Shown: positions 1-10,531, counted from the first letter of the stretch. The stretch is 64,000 nucleotides of DNA from an uncultured Arcobacteraceae bacterium (GCA_964022095.1 CAXHZO010000004.1:32001-96000); one strand, 5' to 3'. Notes: a model not told the origin generated them from the letters alone. Numbers and translations are program-made.

Positions 1-522
1 GTTAGAAATATTTTTGATAAATATTATGAATTAAGAAGCGAAACAAAATCTGACCCCGTTTTACTTTTAAATGAAGCTGATCAATTTTTAAGTTCAAGAA
101 CTGCTGGAGGGATGAGTAGTAGTGATAAAATGCATAATCAAATGCAAAATATCTTTTTAGAGCAAATTGAAAGATTTGATGGAATATTAATAGCTACAAC
201 AAACTTACTTGAAAATCTTGATAAAGCATTTTCTAGAAGATTTAACTATAAAATTGAGTTTATGAAGCCAAATAAATCTCAAAGAATAAAACTATGGGAA
301 AAACTACTTCCTCAAAATCTGCCATTAGTTGAAGGTTTTGATATTGAAGAATTGGCGAAATATGAGTTAACTGGTGGGCAAATTGAGCTAGTAATTAAAA
401 ATACTGCATATAAAATCGCAGTTAGTGAAGATCCTGTCTTCAAGATAGAAGATTTTAAAGAGCAAATTACTAAAGAGCAAAAAGGTCAATTTGATAGCGA
501 GACTAAAGTAGGGTTCTTTTAA
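1..522 (+). CDS. AAA+ ATPase, C-terminal part (5' truncated by window edge)
   Basis: Frame is open from base 1 (VRNIFDKYY...PVLLLNEADQFLSSR); Walker B-like VLLLNEAD, sensor-1 IATTN, Arg finger DKAFSRRF, C-terminal KVGFF. Confidence 0.85.
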   Translation, partial: VRNIFDKYYELRSETKSDPVLLLNEADQFLSSRTAGGMSSSDKMHNQMQNIFLEQIERFDGILIATTNLLENLDKAFSRRFNYKIEFMKPNKSQRIKLWEKLLPQNLPLVEGFDIEELAKYELTGGQIELVIKNTAYKIAVSEDPVFKIEDFKEQITKEQKGQFDSETKVGFF

Positions 523-535
523 ACCCTAATTTAGT

Positions 536-1237
536 ATGAAAACACTATTCCTTCTACTAACATTAACTTCTTTATCTTTTTCCCAATCAAAACAGATAGT
601 TTTTGTTTTGGCAGATAGTTTTGATTCTACATCTGCAAAACTTGTAAGATATGAAAAAGTTGGAGATATTTATCTTCAAATCTCGAAGCCCATAAATGTG
701 AATCTTGGAAAAAAAGGTTTAGCTTGGGGCTTATCTGATTATAAATTTAAAAAGCCATCTTTTACTCCCATTAAACAAGAGGGAGATAAGAAAGCTGTTG
801 TTGGAGTTTTTGCTTTATCTAAGATATATACTTATCATGATTTTATAAAAACAAAAATGCCATATGAAAAATCAACAAATCAACACATCTGTATTGATGA
901 TACAAAAAGTAACAACTATAATAAAATTATAAAAACAAAAAATAAGAAAAAATACAGTAGTTTTGAGAATATGCTCTTAAAAAATGAAACATATGAATAT
1001 GTGATTGTTGTACAACACAATAAAAAACAAGTTGAAAAATCTGGCTCATGTATTTTTCTTCATGTTCAAAACCCTCAAAAAAAACAGACTAGTGGATGCA
1101 CTTCAATGAAGAAAAACCACATGATTAAAATAGTACAATGGCTAGATATAAATAAGGAACCTATCCTAATCCAAACACCTAAAAAAGCCTGTTTTTCTTT
1201 TAAAAAAGAGTATCCATTTATAAATTGTAATTTATGA
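536..1237 (+). CDS. L,D-transpeptidase (YkuD-like) family protein with signal peptide
   Basis: N-terminal signal peptide; EGDKK motif; catalytic His...Cys motif GSCIFLHV...TSGC. Confidence 0.75.
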   Translation: MKTLFLLLTLTSLSFSQSKQIVFVLADSFDSTSAKLVRYEKVGDIYLQISKPINVNLGKKGLAWGLSDYKFKKPSFTPIKQEGDKKAVVGVFALSKIYTYHDFIKTKMPYEKSTNQHICIDDTKSNNYNKIIKTKNKKKYSSFENMLLKNETYEYVIVVQHNKKQVEKSGSCIFLHVQNPQKKQTSGCTSMKKNHMIKIVQWLDINKEPILIQTPKKACFSFKKEYPFINCNL

Positions 1238-1265
1238 ATCAATATTCAATAAATAAGTTCTGAAA

Positions 1266-1295
1266 TAATTCTTTTATGATTAAGATAAAGAATTA
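1266..1295 (+). terminator. Possible intrinsic terminator downstream of the L,D-transpeptidase gene
   Basis: Inverted repeat TAATTCTTT...AAAGAATTA followed by T-rich sequence; AT-rich stem, weak. Confidence 0.35.
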
Positions 1296-1308
1296 ATTTT
1301 ATAATTTT

Positions 1309-1382
1309 ATTTTTTTATAAGAAATATAGCCATTCTTTTTAGTGACTTCGATTTTTTTATAAGAATTATAGTGTTTCTTTTT
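1309..1382. repeat. Imperfect 32-bp direct repeat (42-bp period) upstream of nuoA
   Basis: ATTTTTTTATAAGAAATATAGCCATTCTTTTT (1309-1340) vs ATTTTTTTATAAGAATTATAGTGTTTCTTTTT (1351-1382), 28/32 identical by eye. Confidence 0.7.
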
Positions 1383-1549
1383 GTACCACTGAAAATCTAA
1401 TTCTTAGAAAAACATTAATTTTAAAGCTTATTTTTCACAGATTAGTTTATTATTTGCTAATAATTTTTGTAATTGGGTATTTATTACAAATTAGATAATA
1501 TTAATAGTAAATACAAATTGATATATTAAGTATAAAAAAGGATATATAA

Positions 1550-1939
1550 ATGACACACATGGATTTTGCTCATCCTTATTTTGGTGCATTTGTAATGTTT
1601 GTTGTGACTTTTTCAGCATTCTTCGCGACAGTATGGCTTTCGCGATATATTAGTAGAAAAATCGCTAGACTAGATACAGAGAAACTAAAAACAACTCTTT
1701 ATGAGTGTGGACCTGAGGTTACTAAACAACCTAATACAATCTCTACGCAGTTTTATTTAATTGCATTATTGTTTATTTTATTTGATGTTGAGATCATATT
1801 TATGTTCCCATGGGCTATTAACTTTAAACTACTTGGATGGTTTGGCTTTGTAGAGATGTTACTATTTATTACACTACTAGCAATAGGATTTTTATACGCA
1901 TGGAAAAAAGGAGCCCTTGAATGGCACAGCATAAAATAA
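1550..1939 (+). CDS. nuoA: NADH-quinone oxidoreductase subunit A
   Basis: YECG motif, [25 protein letters not shown]; first gene of the operon. Confidence 0.97.
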   Translation: MTHMDFAHPYFGAFVMFVVTFSAFFATVWLSRYISRKIARLDTEKLKTTLYECGPEVTKQPNTISTQFYLIALLFILFDVEIIFMFPWAINFKLLGWFGFVEMLLFITLLAIGFLYAWKKGALEWHSIK

Positions 1940-2430
1940 ATTACTTACAAGATAATGGTACTGCTGTAAAGCTAACTACAATTGATAAGTTAGTTAACTT
2001 TGGTAGGTCGAATTCTTTATGGCCTATGACTTATGGATTAGCTTGTTGTGCTATTGAAATGATGGCAACTGGTGCTTCAAGATATGACTTTGATAGATTC
2101 GGTACTATCTTTAGAGCAAGTCCAAGACAATCAGATGTTTTAATTATCGCTGGAACATTAACAAAAAAACATGCTGAGTTTATGAGAAGATTATATGACC
2201 AAATGCCAGATCCAAAATGGGTTATCTCAATGGGATCATGTGCAAATACAGGTGGAATGTTCAATACTTATGCAACAGTTCAAGGTGCTGATAGAATTAT
2301 TCCCGTTGATATTTACTTACCAGGTTGTGCTCCAAGACCTGAAACTTTACAATATGCCCTTATGACACTTCAAAAAAAGATTAGAAAAGAGTCAATCTTT
2401 AGAGCCCACAAAAAGAAGAGGTTAGTTTAA
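1921..2430 (+). CDS. nuoB: NADH-quinone oxidoreductase subunit B
   Basis: [31 protein letters not shown] (N2 cluster ligands). Confidence 0.98.
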   Translation: MAQHKINYLQDNGTAVKLTTIDKLVNFGRSNSLWPMTYGLACCAIEMMATGASRYDFDRFGTIFRASPRQSDVLIIAGTLTKKHAEFMRRLYDQMPDPKWVISMGSCANTGGMFNTYATVQGADRIIPVDIYLPGCAPRPETLQYALMTLQKKIRKESIFRAHKKKRLV

Positions 2431-3233
2431 TGAGACCGTATAAAAATAAAGATGATGTACAAAGAAAATCATACTTCTCAGATAGATTTTTTGTAGGGCC
2501 AACAGTTCCTAGAATGGATCCTTCAAAAGATGAAATATTTGCAAAAGACTTTGAAGAAATAAACTACTCAATTCACTTAGAAGCTGCTTATATTGAGCAT
2601 ACACACTTAGTTTTAAATATTGATAAGAGTTTCTTAACTGCATGTGTAAAACTTTTAAAAAATACATTAGAATATGACATGCTAATGGAACTTTCTGCAA
2701 TTGATTATTTAGCCTCAAAAGGTGGCTATGAATTATTCTATGAATTCCTTTCACTTTCAAAGCACAAAAGAATTAGAATCAAATGTTTCTTACCAAAAGA
2801 TGAGTATATAGACTCATTAACTCCATTTTTTGATTCAGCAAACTGGAGTGAGCGAGAAATGTATGACATGTTAGGTGTTAAAGTTACTGGACATCCTAAT
2901 ATGAAAAGAATTATTATGCCAGATGATTGGTATGATCACCCACTTAAAAAAACTTACCCACTTCAAGGTGATGAAGCTGCTTCTTGGTATGAAGTTGACA
3001 AAATATTTGGAAAAGAAGCAAGGGATGTTATAGGACCTGAGCAAAGAGATCCAGCTGCTATTGATAGATACGATACTACAAGATTCGCAAGACTTGGGCA
3101 TGAGGTTCCTTTTGATACTGATATTTCTGAATTTGAACCTGAAACTTCTATTTCTTATGAAGAGGAAGAGGGCAATACACTAATTAAAAAATTAAAACCT
3201 GAAGAATCAGTAGTTTTAAAAAGAAGAAGGTAA
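2430..3233 (+). CDS. nuoC: NADH-quinone oxidoreductase subunit C
   Basis: ANWSEREMYDMLG...GHPNMKRI...HPLKKTYP. Confidence 0.96.
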   Translation: MRPYKNKDDVQRKSYFSDRFFVGPTVPRMDPSKDEIFAKDFEEINYSIHLEAAYIEHTHLVLNIDKSFLTACVKLLKNTLEYDMLMELSAIDYLASKGGYELFYEFLSLSKHKRIRIKCFLPKDEYIDSLTPFFDSANWSEREMYDMLGVKVTGHPNMKRIIMPDDWYDHPLKKTYPLQGDEAASWYEVDKIFGKEARDVIGPEQRDPAAIDRYDTTRFARLGHEVPFDTDISEFEPETSISYEEEEGNTLIKKLKPEESVVLKRRR

Positions 3234-3239
3234 ATAAAT

Positions 3240-4466
3240 ATGCAACAACCAAATAGATTAAAACCTTTTTTTGAAAATATAAACTTCGAGCGTGAAGATA
3301 ATACAATGACTGTAAACTTTGGGCCTCAACACCCATCAGCTCATGGTCAATTAAGATTAGTATTAGAGCTTCAAGGTGAAGAAGTAGTTAAATCAATACC
3401 AATGATTGGATACCTTCACAGAGGTATGGAAAAAATGGCAGAGAATATGATTTATAATGAGTTCTTACCAACTACAGATAGAATGGATTATATTGCTGCA
3501 ACTTCAAATAACTATGGCTATGCTTTAGCAATTGAGCAACTACTTGGTATTGAAGCACCTAGACGTGCTGAAGTAATTAGAACTATGTTACTTGAGTTAA
3601 ATAGAATTACATCTCACCTGTTCTGGTTAGCAACACATGCCCTTGATGTTGGTGCTATGTCAATGTTCTTATACTGTTTTAGAGAAAGAGAGTATGCAAT
3701 TGATTTAATTGAAGATTATTGTGGTGCTAGACTTACTCACAGTGCAGTTAGAATTGGTGGAGTTCCTTTAGACTTACCTTCTAATTGGATTGATGATTGT
3801 ATGAGTTTCTTAGAAGTTTTAGAAACGGAATTAGAAACTTACGAAGGTTTATTAACAGAAAATAGAATCTGGAAAATGAGACTTGAAAATGTAGGTATTA
3901 TTACTCAAGATATGGCAAAAAGCTGGGGCTGTTCAGGAATCGCTTTAAGAGGAAGTGGTATCAAATGGGATTTAAGAAAAGAGATGCCTTATGGCCTTTA
4001 TCCAGAATTAGACTTTGATGTACCTGTAGCTTATACAAATGATTCATATGGAAGATATAAAATCTGTATTGCAGAGATGAGAGAATCTGCAAAGATTTTA
4101 AGACAGCTAGTTCCAATGTACAAAGAATCAGATACTCAGTTAATGGCACACGCTCCTGAGTATATTTCAGCTCCAAAAGAGCAAATTATGACTCAAAACT
4201 ATTCATTAATGCAACATTTTGTTTTAGTAACTCAAGGTATGAGACCGCCAGTTGGTGAAGTATATGTTGCAACAGAATCACCAAAAGGTGAACTTGGATA
4301 TTTCGTTTGTAGTGATGGAAGTCCATATGCTTATAGAATGAAAATTAGAACACCAAGTTTCCAACATACAGCTATTTTAGAAGAGTTATTAGTTGGATTA
4401 CAATTAGCCGATGTTGTTACTATTATTGGTAACTTGAATATTGTATTCGGTGAAATTGACCGATAA
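3240..4466 (+). CDS. nuoD: NADH-quinone oxidoreductase subunit D
   Basis: [32 protein letters not shown]-terminal GEIDR. Confidence 0.98.
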   Translation: MQQPNRLKPFFENINFEREDNTMTVNFGPQHPSAHGQLRLVLELQGEEVVKSIPMIGYLHRGMEKMAENMIYNEFLPTTDRMDYIAATSNNYGYALAIEQLLGIEAPRRAEVIRTMLLELNRITSHLFWLATHALDVGAMSMFLYCFREREYAIDLIEDYCGARLTHSAVRIGGVPLDLPSNWIDDCMSFLEVLETELETYEGLLTENRIWKMRLENVGIITQDMAKSWGCSGIALRGSGIKWDLRKEMPYGLYPELDFDVPVAYTNDSYGRYKICIAEMRESAKILRQLVPMYKESDTQLMAHAPEYISAPKEQIMTQNYSLMQHFVLVTQGMRPPVGEVYVATESPKGELGYFVCSDGSPYAYRMKIRTPSFQHTAILEELLVGLQLADVVTIIGNLNIVFGEIDR

Positions 4467-4481
4467 TTATTAGGAGTTATT

Positions 4482-4754
4482 ATGAAAAGATTTGATTTAA
4501 GACACTTAAAAAATGACTTCTACGACAAAATGTTAGAGTTAATGGATAAGCAAATTGCTCCAGAAGAAACTGCAATTATTATGTTTGAAATTGGTGATTT
4601 TGAGAATGTTCAAAAAAGTGCAGATGTAATTTATGAAGCTGGTTATACATTAATGAACTCTATTAAGTTTAATGAAGTTGATTGGACGTTAGTTGTAAAA
4701 AAAGTTAAGCCAGAGCCTAAAGAGATTGAGCAAGAGGAATCAGTAAATGAGTAA
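4482..4754 (+). CDS. Epsilonproteobacterial complex I subunit in the nuoE position (Cj1575c/NuoX-like)
   Basis: MKRFDLRHLK start, MFEIGDF, NSIKFNEVDW; no Cys ligands for a 2Fe-2S cluster; lies between nuoD and nuoG. Confidence 0.8.
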   Translation: MKRFDLRHLKNDFYDKMLELMDKQIAPEETAIIMFEIGDFENVQKSADVIYEAGYTLMNSIKFNEVDWTLVVKKVKPEPKEIEQEESVNE

Positions 4755-5547
4755 ACTTGAGCAAATAGCAAACAGTGATTTTATAATCACTTTTGGAACT
4801 ATGTTAGCTGATAATAAAGAGAACTATAGAGATAGTATTATTGAATCAATTGCAAAAAATGACACTCAATTTATCTATATGCATCCAGTTGATAATATTG
4901 ATTTAAAACTTTACTACAACCAATTTATTAAATATGAAGTTGGTAGTGAAGAGGGTGTTTGTGCACTTTTACTTGATACTTTTGTTAAAGACTCAACTCC
5001 TACAATTCAAGAATATATTGATGATTTAGATTTAGGTTATATTTCAGCTGAGAGTAGTGCAGGGGAAGAAGAGTTTGAAGAAGCATGTGAAAAAGCAGCT
5101 CAATTTTCAACTAAAACTTTGATAATTGGTGATGATTTAATTGAACATGAACGAATTGAAAACATAGTTAAATTTTTAGCAATTATCAAAAAATACTCTG
5201 ATTTAAATGTAGTTGTATTGAATGAGAGTTTAGAGCAGAAGATTAATTCTTGTGAAAACTTTGATTTACAAGAAGTTGAGGACTTAAAATCTTATGATGG
5301 AACACTAGTTTATAAGTTAATTGACGAAAATGAAAAAGATGAATTAATTGCTAGTCAAACTTTTGCTAATGTTGCGAAAGTTCAAGATGGTAATAAAATT
5401 GTTATTAATACTTCTAGTGAAAAAATTGAAAAAACTATTAAAGTTGATGACAAGTTACATGGAACTGTTGCGATTTTAAAAACAAATGAAAATATTTTAG
5501 ATGGTTATAGATATAAACAAGTAAAAATTGAAAAGGTTGGCGCATAA
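4747..5547 (+). CDS. Epsilonproteobacterial complex I subunit in the nuoF position (Cj1574c/NuoY-like)
   Basis: YEVGSEEGV and DLDLGYISAES motifs; no FMN/NADH-binding or N3 Cys motif; operon position. Confidence 0.75.
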   Translation: MSKLEQIANSDFIITFGTMLADNKENYRDSIIESIAKNDTQFIYMHPVDNIDLKLYYNQFIKYEVGSEEGVCALLLDTFVKDSTPTIQEYIDDLDLGYISAESSAGEEEFEEACEKAAQFSTKTLIIGDDLIEHERIENIVKFLAIIKKYSDLNVVVLNESLEQKINSCENFDLQEVEDLKSYDGTLVYKLIDENEKDELIASQTFANVAKVQDGNKIVINTSSEKIEKTIKVDDKLHGTVAILKTNENILDGYRYKQVKIEKVGA

Positions 5548-8024
5548 TGAGCGAGATGATTACACTTACAATTGATGGTAAATCTGTTCAAGCTAAAGAG
5601 GGTGAAACAATTCTAAATGTAGCAAGGGCAAATGATACTTTTGTTCCTGCTGTTTGTTATTTAACAAGATGTTCACCGACATTAGCATGTAGATTGTGTT
5701 TAGTTGAAGCTGATGGAAAGCAGGTATATGGCTGTAATACTAAAATTAAACAAGATATGGAAGTTACAACTGTAACTGAAAACATTGCAAAAGAAAGACG
5801 TGCAATTATGGAGGTTTATGATGTAAACCACCCATTACAGTGCGGTGTTTGTGATCAAAGTGGTGAATGTGAATTACAAAACTACTCTTTATATATGAAA
5901 GTTGATTCTCAAAGTTATAGTATTAAAGATATTCATAGACCTACACAACATTGGGGAGTTATGAACTATGACCCAGGATTATGTATTGTTTGTGAAAGAT
6001 GTGTAACTGTATGTAAAGATATGGTTGGATCAAGTGCTTTATCTACTGTAAAAAGACCAAGTGACGCTATTGATAAAACATTTAAATCAGAAATGCCAAA
6101 AGATGCATATGCAATGTGGAACAAACTAAACAAATCACTAATTGGTTATGATGCTGATTCCTGTGTTAACTGCGGTGAGTGTATAGCAGCCTGTCCTGTA
6201 GGAGCACTTGTAAGTCATGACTTCCAATATACTTCAAATGCTTGGGAATTAAAGAAAGTCCCAGCAGCAAATCCTCATTCATCTGATTGTGCATTTATGT
6301 ATTATGATGTAAAACATGAATCAATTGACAACCACACTCAAAAGAAAATCTACAGAGTAAATAGTGAACCACATTTTTCAACTGTAAATGGAGCAGGTAG
6401 ATTTGGATATGACTTTGAAAACAAAGTTGAATCTAAAGATTATGAAGCTTTCAAAAAAGCAGTTGAAGCTCTAAGTATGGCAAGAACAATTAAATTTAAC
6501 TCTTTTATTACAAATGAAGAAGCATATTTATTACAAAAAATTGCAGATCATAGAGGTGCAAGATTAGTAAATGAAGATGCAAGAAGATATCAAAAATTCT
6601 TAGAAAACTATTCACAAACTTCTGGTACATCTTTATACTCTTCAACTTTAAGTAATGTATTAAATACAGACTTTGTAATCTCAGTTGGATCTTATTTAAA
6701 ATCAGATTTACCTAATGCTAGATATGCTTTTAATAATCCAATTACTATTAATAAAGGTGCAGGTTTATATTTCCATCCAATTGTTGATCCTTTAATGGAA
6801 AAAATTGGTAAAAAAGGTAAAACAACTGACTTTATTTATCATGATCCAATGGCTGAAGAAGCAATTTTATATTTCATTTTATATAAATTTGGAAAAGATT
6901 TACCAAGAGATGTAAAAAATTACTTAGATTCACTAACACAAAAAAGAACTAAAACTGTAACTGAAACTATTAAAGAACAAGTTGTTGAGATTGTAAAAGA
7001 TGAAGAGACTGGTGAAGAAAAAGAAGTTAAAAAAATGGTTCCTAAAAAAGTTTCAACTGAAGTTGAATTTGAATACATCTCACTTCTTGAAGAGTTCGGA
7101 AAAGATGAAACATTTGTTGAGCTAATTGATTCAATGTTAGCTAAAAAAGAGACATTTTCATTAATAGTAGGTGAAGATTTAATTACTCACCCAAATGCAG
7201 AAAATTTAGCAAAACTTTGTGGTTTAATTGATAGATTTACTGACTTTAATATTGTAATTATTCCAACTCAAACAAATACACTTGGAGTTGCTCAAATTTG
7301 TAAATTAAGTGATGAAGAGACTGGATTTACTGTTGGATACAATGAAAAAGCTGACTTAGAAATTTCTGCACTTGGTGATGGAGATATTGATGTTCCTGCA
7401 CTTAACCAACAAGAAGGGACATTTACAAATATTGATAAAAAAGTAATACCAACAAATGCAGCGCTTGCATTTAAAGGTTACACTTTGAATGATATGGCAA
7501 ATGAAATCTTAGGGACTGAAATTGAATATACAATAGAGTATACAAAACAGCTTCCAGTTGAAAAAGGATTTAGAGCAATTGATTTTGATGATTTACCAAA
7601 TGAGTTTGGAAATGATCAAGTAGAAAGAAGAGGTTATGATATTGTATCAGTTGATATTCCTCAAACTATAAATAATGTAAATGAACTAACAACTGAAAAA
7701 ATTACTTTAAATGAAGAAGAAATTTTAATTTATAGAGCTAATCCAATTAATCAATTTAATGAATTTACTGCAATTGCACATGAGTTTAAAGATGATTTAA
7801 AAGATGGAATTTTCTTCTCAAAAGCATCTTATGAAAAACTTGAATTAGTTGAAGGCGATAAAGTAAAAGTTGAGGCAAATGGAATAACTTTAGAGTTAGA
7901 TGCTCACTGTGATATCCAAATTGATGGTGATATTCCTTATGTTTCTACATATATGAAAAATTCACCTTCAAGAGCTTTATTTAATACATACAGATTTAAT
8001 AAAGCAAAAGTGACAAAGGCGTAA
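5547..8024 (+). CDS. nuoG: NADH-quinone oxidoreductase subunit G
   Basis: CRLCLVE, HPLQCGVCDQSGECELQ, CIVCERC, CVNCGECIAACPVGAL Fe-S motifs. Confidence 0.97.
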   Translation: MSEMITLTIDGKSVQAKEGETILNVARANDTFVPAVCYLTRCSPTLACRLCLVEADGKQVYGCNTKIKQDMEVTTVTENIAKERRAIMEVYDVNHPLQCGVCDQSGECELQNYSLYMKVDSQSYSIKDIHRPTQHWGVMNYDPGLCIVCERCVTVCKDMVGSSALSTVKRPSDAIDKTFKSEMPKDAYAMWNKLNKSLIGYDADSCVNCGECIAACPVGALVSHDFQYTSNAWELKKVPAANPHSSDCAFMYYDVKHESIDNHTQKKIYRVNSEPHFSTVNGAGRFGYDFENKVESKDYEAFKKAVEALSMARTIKFNSFITNEEAYLLQKIADHRGARLVNEDARRYQKFLENYSQTSGTSLYSSTLSNVLNTDFVISVGSYLKSDLPNARYAFNNPITINKGAGLYFHPIVDPLMEKIGKKGKTTDFIYHDPMAEEAILYFILYKFGKDLPRDVKNYLDSLTQKRTKTVTETIKEQVVEIVKDEETGEEKEVKKMVPKKVSTEVEFEYISLLEEFGKDETFVELIDSMLAKKETFSLIVGEDLITHPNAENLAKLCGLIDRFTDFNIVIIPTQTNTLGVAQICKLSDEETGFTVGYNEKADLEISALGDGDIDVPALNQQEGTFTNIDKKVIPTNAALAFKGYTLNDMANEILGTEIEYTIEYTKQLPVEKGFRAIDFDDLPNEFGNDQVERRGYDIVSVDIPQTINNVNELTTEKITLNEEEILIYRANPINQFNEFTAIAHEFKDDLKDGIFFSKASYEKLELVEGDKVKVEANGITLELDAHCDIQIDGDIPYVSTYMKNSPSRALFNTYRFNKAKVTKA

Positions 8025-8025
8025 T

Positions 8026-9018
8026 ATGGAAACAGGTATTATTATTGAAACTATCGTAAAAGTAGTCGTAGTGCTTACAGTTTTCTCTGCACTTGCTGGG
8101 TTTACTACATATATAGAAAGAAAAGTATTAGCATTTATGCAAAGAAGATTAGGGCCAACTAATGTTGGTCCTTATGGTTTACTTCAAATTGCAGCTGATG
8201 GTATAAAATTATTTACAAAAGAGGATTTTATTCCAGCAAATGCTAATAAACCAATATTTATGATTGCTCCTATAATTACAGCAGCAACTGCGTTTATAGC
8301 TATGAGTGCAGTTCCTTTCTTACCAGAATTTGAAATGTTTGGATACACAGTAAGGCCAATTATTAGTGATGTAAATGTTGGTGTACTTTTTGTTATGTCT
8401 GTTGGAGCAATTGGATTATATGGCCCACTTTTAGGTGGTATGAGTAGTGCTAATAAATGGGCATTATTAGGTGGGGCTAGAACTGCTATTCAACTTTTAT
8501 CTTATGAGGTTGTATCTGGATTATCTTTATTAGCTCCATTAATGATGGTTGGTTCATTATCTTTAATTGATATTAATAATTATCAAGCAGGTGGAATTTC
8601 AAATTGGATTATTTGGTATCAGCCTTTAGCATTTATTTTATTTACAATTGCAGGATATGCAGAAACTAATAGAACGCCATTTGATTTATTAGAGCATGAA
8701 GCTGAATTAGTTGCTGGATATGCAACTGAGTATTCAGGTATGAGATGGGGAATGTTCTTCATTGGTGAGTATGCAAACTTATTTACAATTTCATTCTTAA
8801 TTGCTTTAATTTTCTTAGGTGGATTCGAACCATTATGGTTTATTCCTGGAGGACTAGCAATTGTTCTTAAAGTTATGTTATTAATTTTCATATTCTTATG
8901 GACAAGAGCATCTTGGCCACACATTAGACCTGATCAGTTAATGTGGTTATGTTGGAAGATCTTAATGCCATTAGCAGTACTAAATATTTTAGTTACTGGT
9001 TTTGTGATGATGTTTTAG
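8026..9018 (+). CDS. nuoH: NADH-quinone oxidoreductase subunit H
   Basis: ERKVLAFMQRRLGP, ADGIKLFTKE, AETNRTPFDLLE, EYSG. Confidence 0.98.
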   Translation: METGIIIETIVKVVVVLTVFSALAGFTTYIERKVLAFMQRRLGPTNVGPYGLLQIAADGIKLFTKEDFIPANANKPIFMIAPIITAATAFIAMSAVPFLPEFEMFGYTVRPIISDVNVGVLFVMSVGAIGLYGPLLGGMSSANKWALLGGARTAIQLLSYEVVSGLSLLAPLMMVGSLSLIDINNYQAGGISNWIIWYQPLAFILFTIAGYAETNRTPFDLLEHEAELVAGYATEYSGMRWGMFFIGEYANLFTISFLIALIFLGGFEPLWFIPGGLAIVLKVMLLIFIFLWTRASWPHIRPDQLMWLCWKILMPLAVLNILVTGFVMMF

Positions 9019-9027
9019 GAGTTGATG

Positions 9028-9648
9028 ATGGGTTTTAATGAATTTAAAAATAGAAATATTTCAGAAGATTATGTAACAGTTCAAGAAGATAATTATCCTA
9101 AAACATCTTGGGAAACTTTTAAGCAAGTTATTTCAAGATCTGTTAAGGGTGAGCTGTTTGTTGGTTTAAAAATCACATTTGGAATTATGTATAAAGCACT
9201 TTTCAAAGGTGAAATGGCAACTGTACAATATCCAAAAGAGAAATTACCAATTGGTCCTAGATATAGAGCAGTACATAAACTTCTTAGACTATTAGAGTCA
9301 GGTGAAGAGAGATGTATTGGTTGTGGACTTTGTGAAAAAATATGTATTGCAAATTGTATTAGAATGGAAACTAAAATAGATGAAAACTCTAGAAAAGTTG
9401 CAACTCAATATACAATTAATATGGGTAGATGTATTTTTTGTGGATACTGTGCTGAAGTTTGTCCAGAACTTGCAATTGTTCATGGTGGAAGATATGAAAA
9501 TGCAAGTGAGCAAAGAGCTCACTTCTCATTAAAAGAAGACATTTTAACAAGTGCAAATGGTTTAGGTGCTCAATTAGAGTTTGATGGGTTTGGTTCTGTA
9601 TCAACTGATGCAGACAAAAAAATCAAAAAAACACCACTATCATACTAA
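9028..9648 (+). CDS. nuoI: NADH-quinone oxidoreductase subunit I
   Basis: Two CxxCxxCxxxC motifs (ERCIGCGLCEKIC; RCIFCGYCAEVCP); ATG 9028 chosen from the AGGAG RBS (ORF track starts at TTG 9022). Confidence 0.96.
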   Translation: MGFNEFKNRNISEDYVTVQEDNYPKTSWETFKQVISRSVKGELFVGLKITFGIMYKALFKGEMATVQYPKEKLPIGPRYRAVHKLLRLLESGEERCIGCGLCEKICIANCIRMETKIDENSRKVATQYTINMGRCIFCGYCAEVCPELAIVHGGRYENASEQRAHFSLKEDILTSANGLGAQLEFDGFGSVSTDADKKIKKTPLSY

Positions 9649-9657
9649 GGAGAATAG

Positions 9658-10233
9658 ATGTTTGAACAAGTAGCTTTTATAATATTTGCTGTTTTAACTA
9701 TTGGTATGTTTAGTATTACAGTTTTAACTACAAATGCTTTATATGCACTAAGTGCTTTAGCAGCGGGAATGATTTTTATCTCTGCATTTTTCTTTTTATT
9801 AGATGCAGATTTTTTAGGTGCTGTGCAAATTGTAGTTTACACAGGTGCAATTATGTCTTTATATGCCTTTGGAATGATGTTCTTTGACACATTAGCTGAT
9901 GTAAAAGAAAATGTAAAAAACCCCAGATTGGTATTTTTATTATCAGGAATGGTAGCAGTAATTTTAGTTGTAGTATTTATGGCTCCTGTTATTGGAGAAA
10001 ATTTAACTGCAAACTATCCAGTTAATCCAGAATATGGAAACTCTGTTGATGTTGGTTTAGTATTATTTACTAAATATTTAGTTCCATTTGAAGTTGCAGC
10101 TATTATGCTTTTAGTTGCCATGATTGGTGGAATTGTATTAGCAGGTAAAAAAATGAATGAGTCTTACTCAGAAATGAAAGAGGATGAGATTGATGAAAAA
10201 CTTGAGCTTGATTCTTCAAAGGATGTTAAATGA
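9658..10233 (+). CDS. nuoJ: NADH-quinone oxidoreductase subunit J
   Basis: Hydrophobic; QIVVYTGAI, YLVPFEVAA; operon position. Confidence 0.95.
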   Translation: MFEQVAFIIFAVLTIGMFSITVLTTNALYALSALAAGMIFISAFFFLLDADFLGAVQIVVYTGAIMSLYAFGMMFFDTLADVKENVKNPRLVFLLSGMVAVILVVVFMAPVIGENLTANYPVNPEYGNSVDVGLVLFTKYLVPFEVAAIMLLVAMIGGIVLAGKKMNESYSEMKEDEIDEKLELDSSKDVK

Positions 10234-10529
10234 CACTTAATGCTTATTTAATATTATCAACAATTCTATTTTGTATTGGATTAATTGGTGTAATCAAAAG
10301 AAAAAATGTTTTAATGCTTTTCTTTTCAACGGAAATTATGTTAAATGCAGTAAATGTTGGACTTGCAGCTATTTCTAAATTCCATGGAGATTTAACAGGT
10401 CAAATGTTTGCATTCTTTATTATTGCAGTTGCTGCTAGTGAAGTTGCAATTGGTCTTGGATTACTTATTATGTGGTACAAAAGAACTGGTTCTATTAACT
10501 TAGATGATATTGCTGGAATGAAAGGATAA
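10230..10529 (+). CDS. nuoK: NADH-quinone oxidoreductase subunit K
   Basis: EIMLNAVN, VAASEVAIGL; 99 aa, 3 TM. Confidence 0.97.
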   Translation: MTLNAYLILSTILFCIGLIGVIKRKNVLMLFFSTEIMLNAVNVGLAAISKFHGDLTGQMFAFFIIAVAASEVAIGLGLLIMWYKRTGSINLDDIAGMKG

Positions 10530-10531
10530 GA

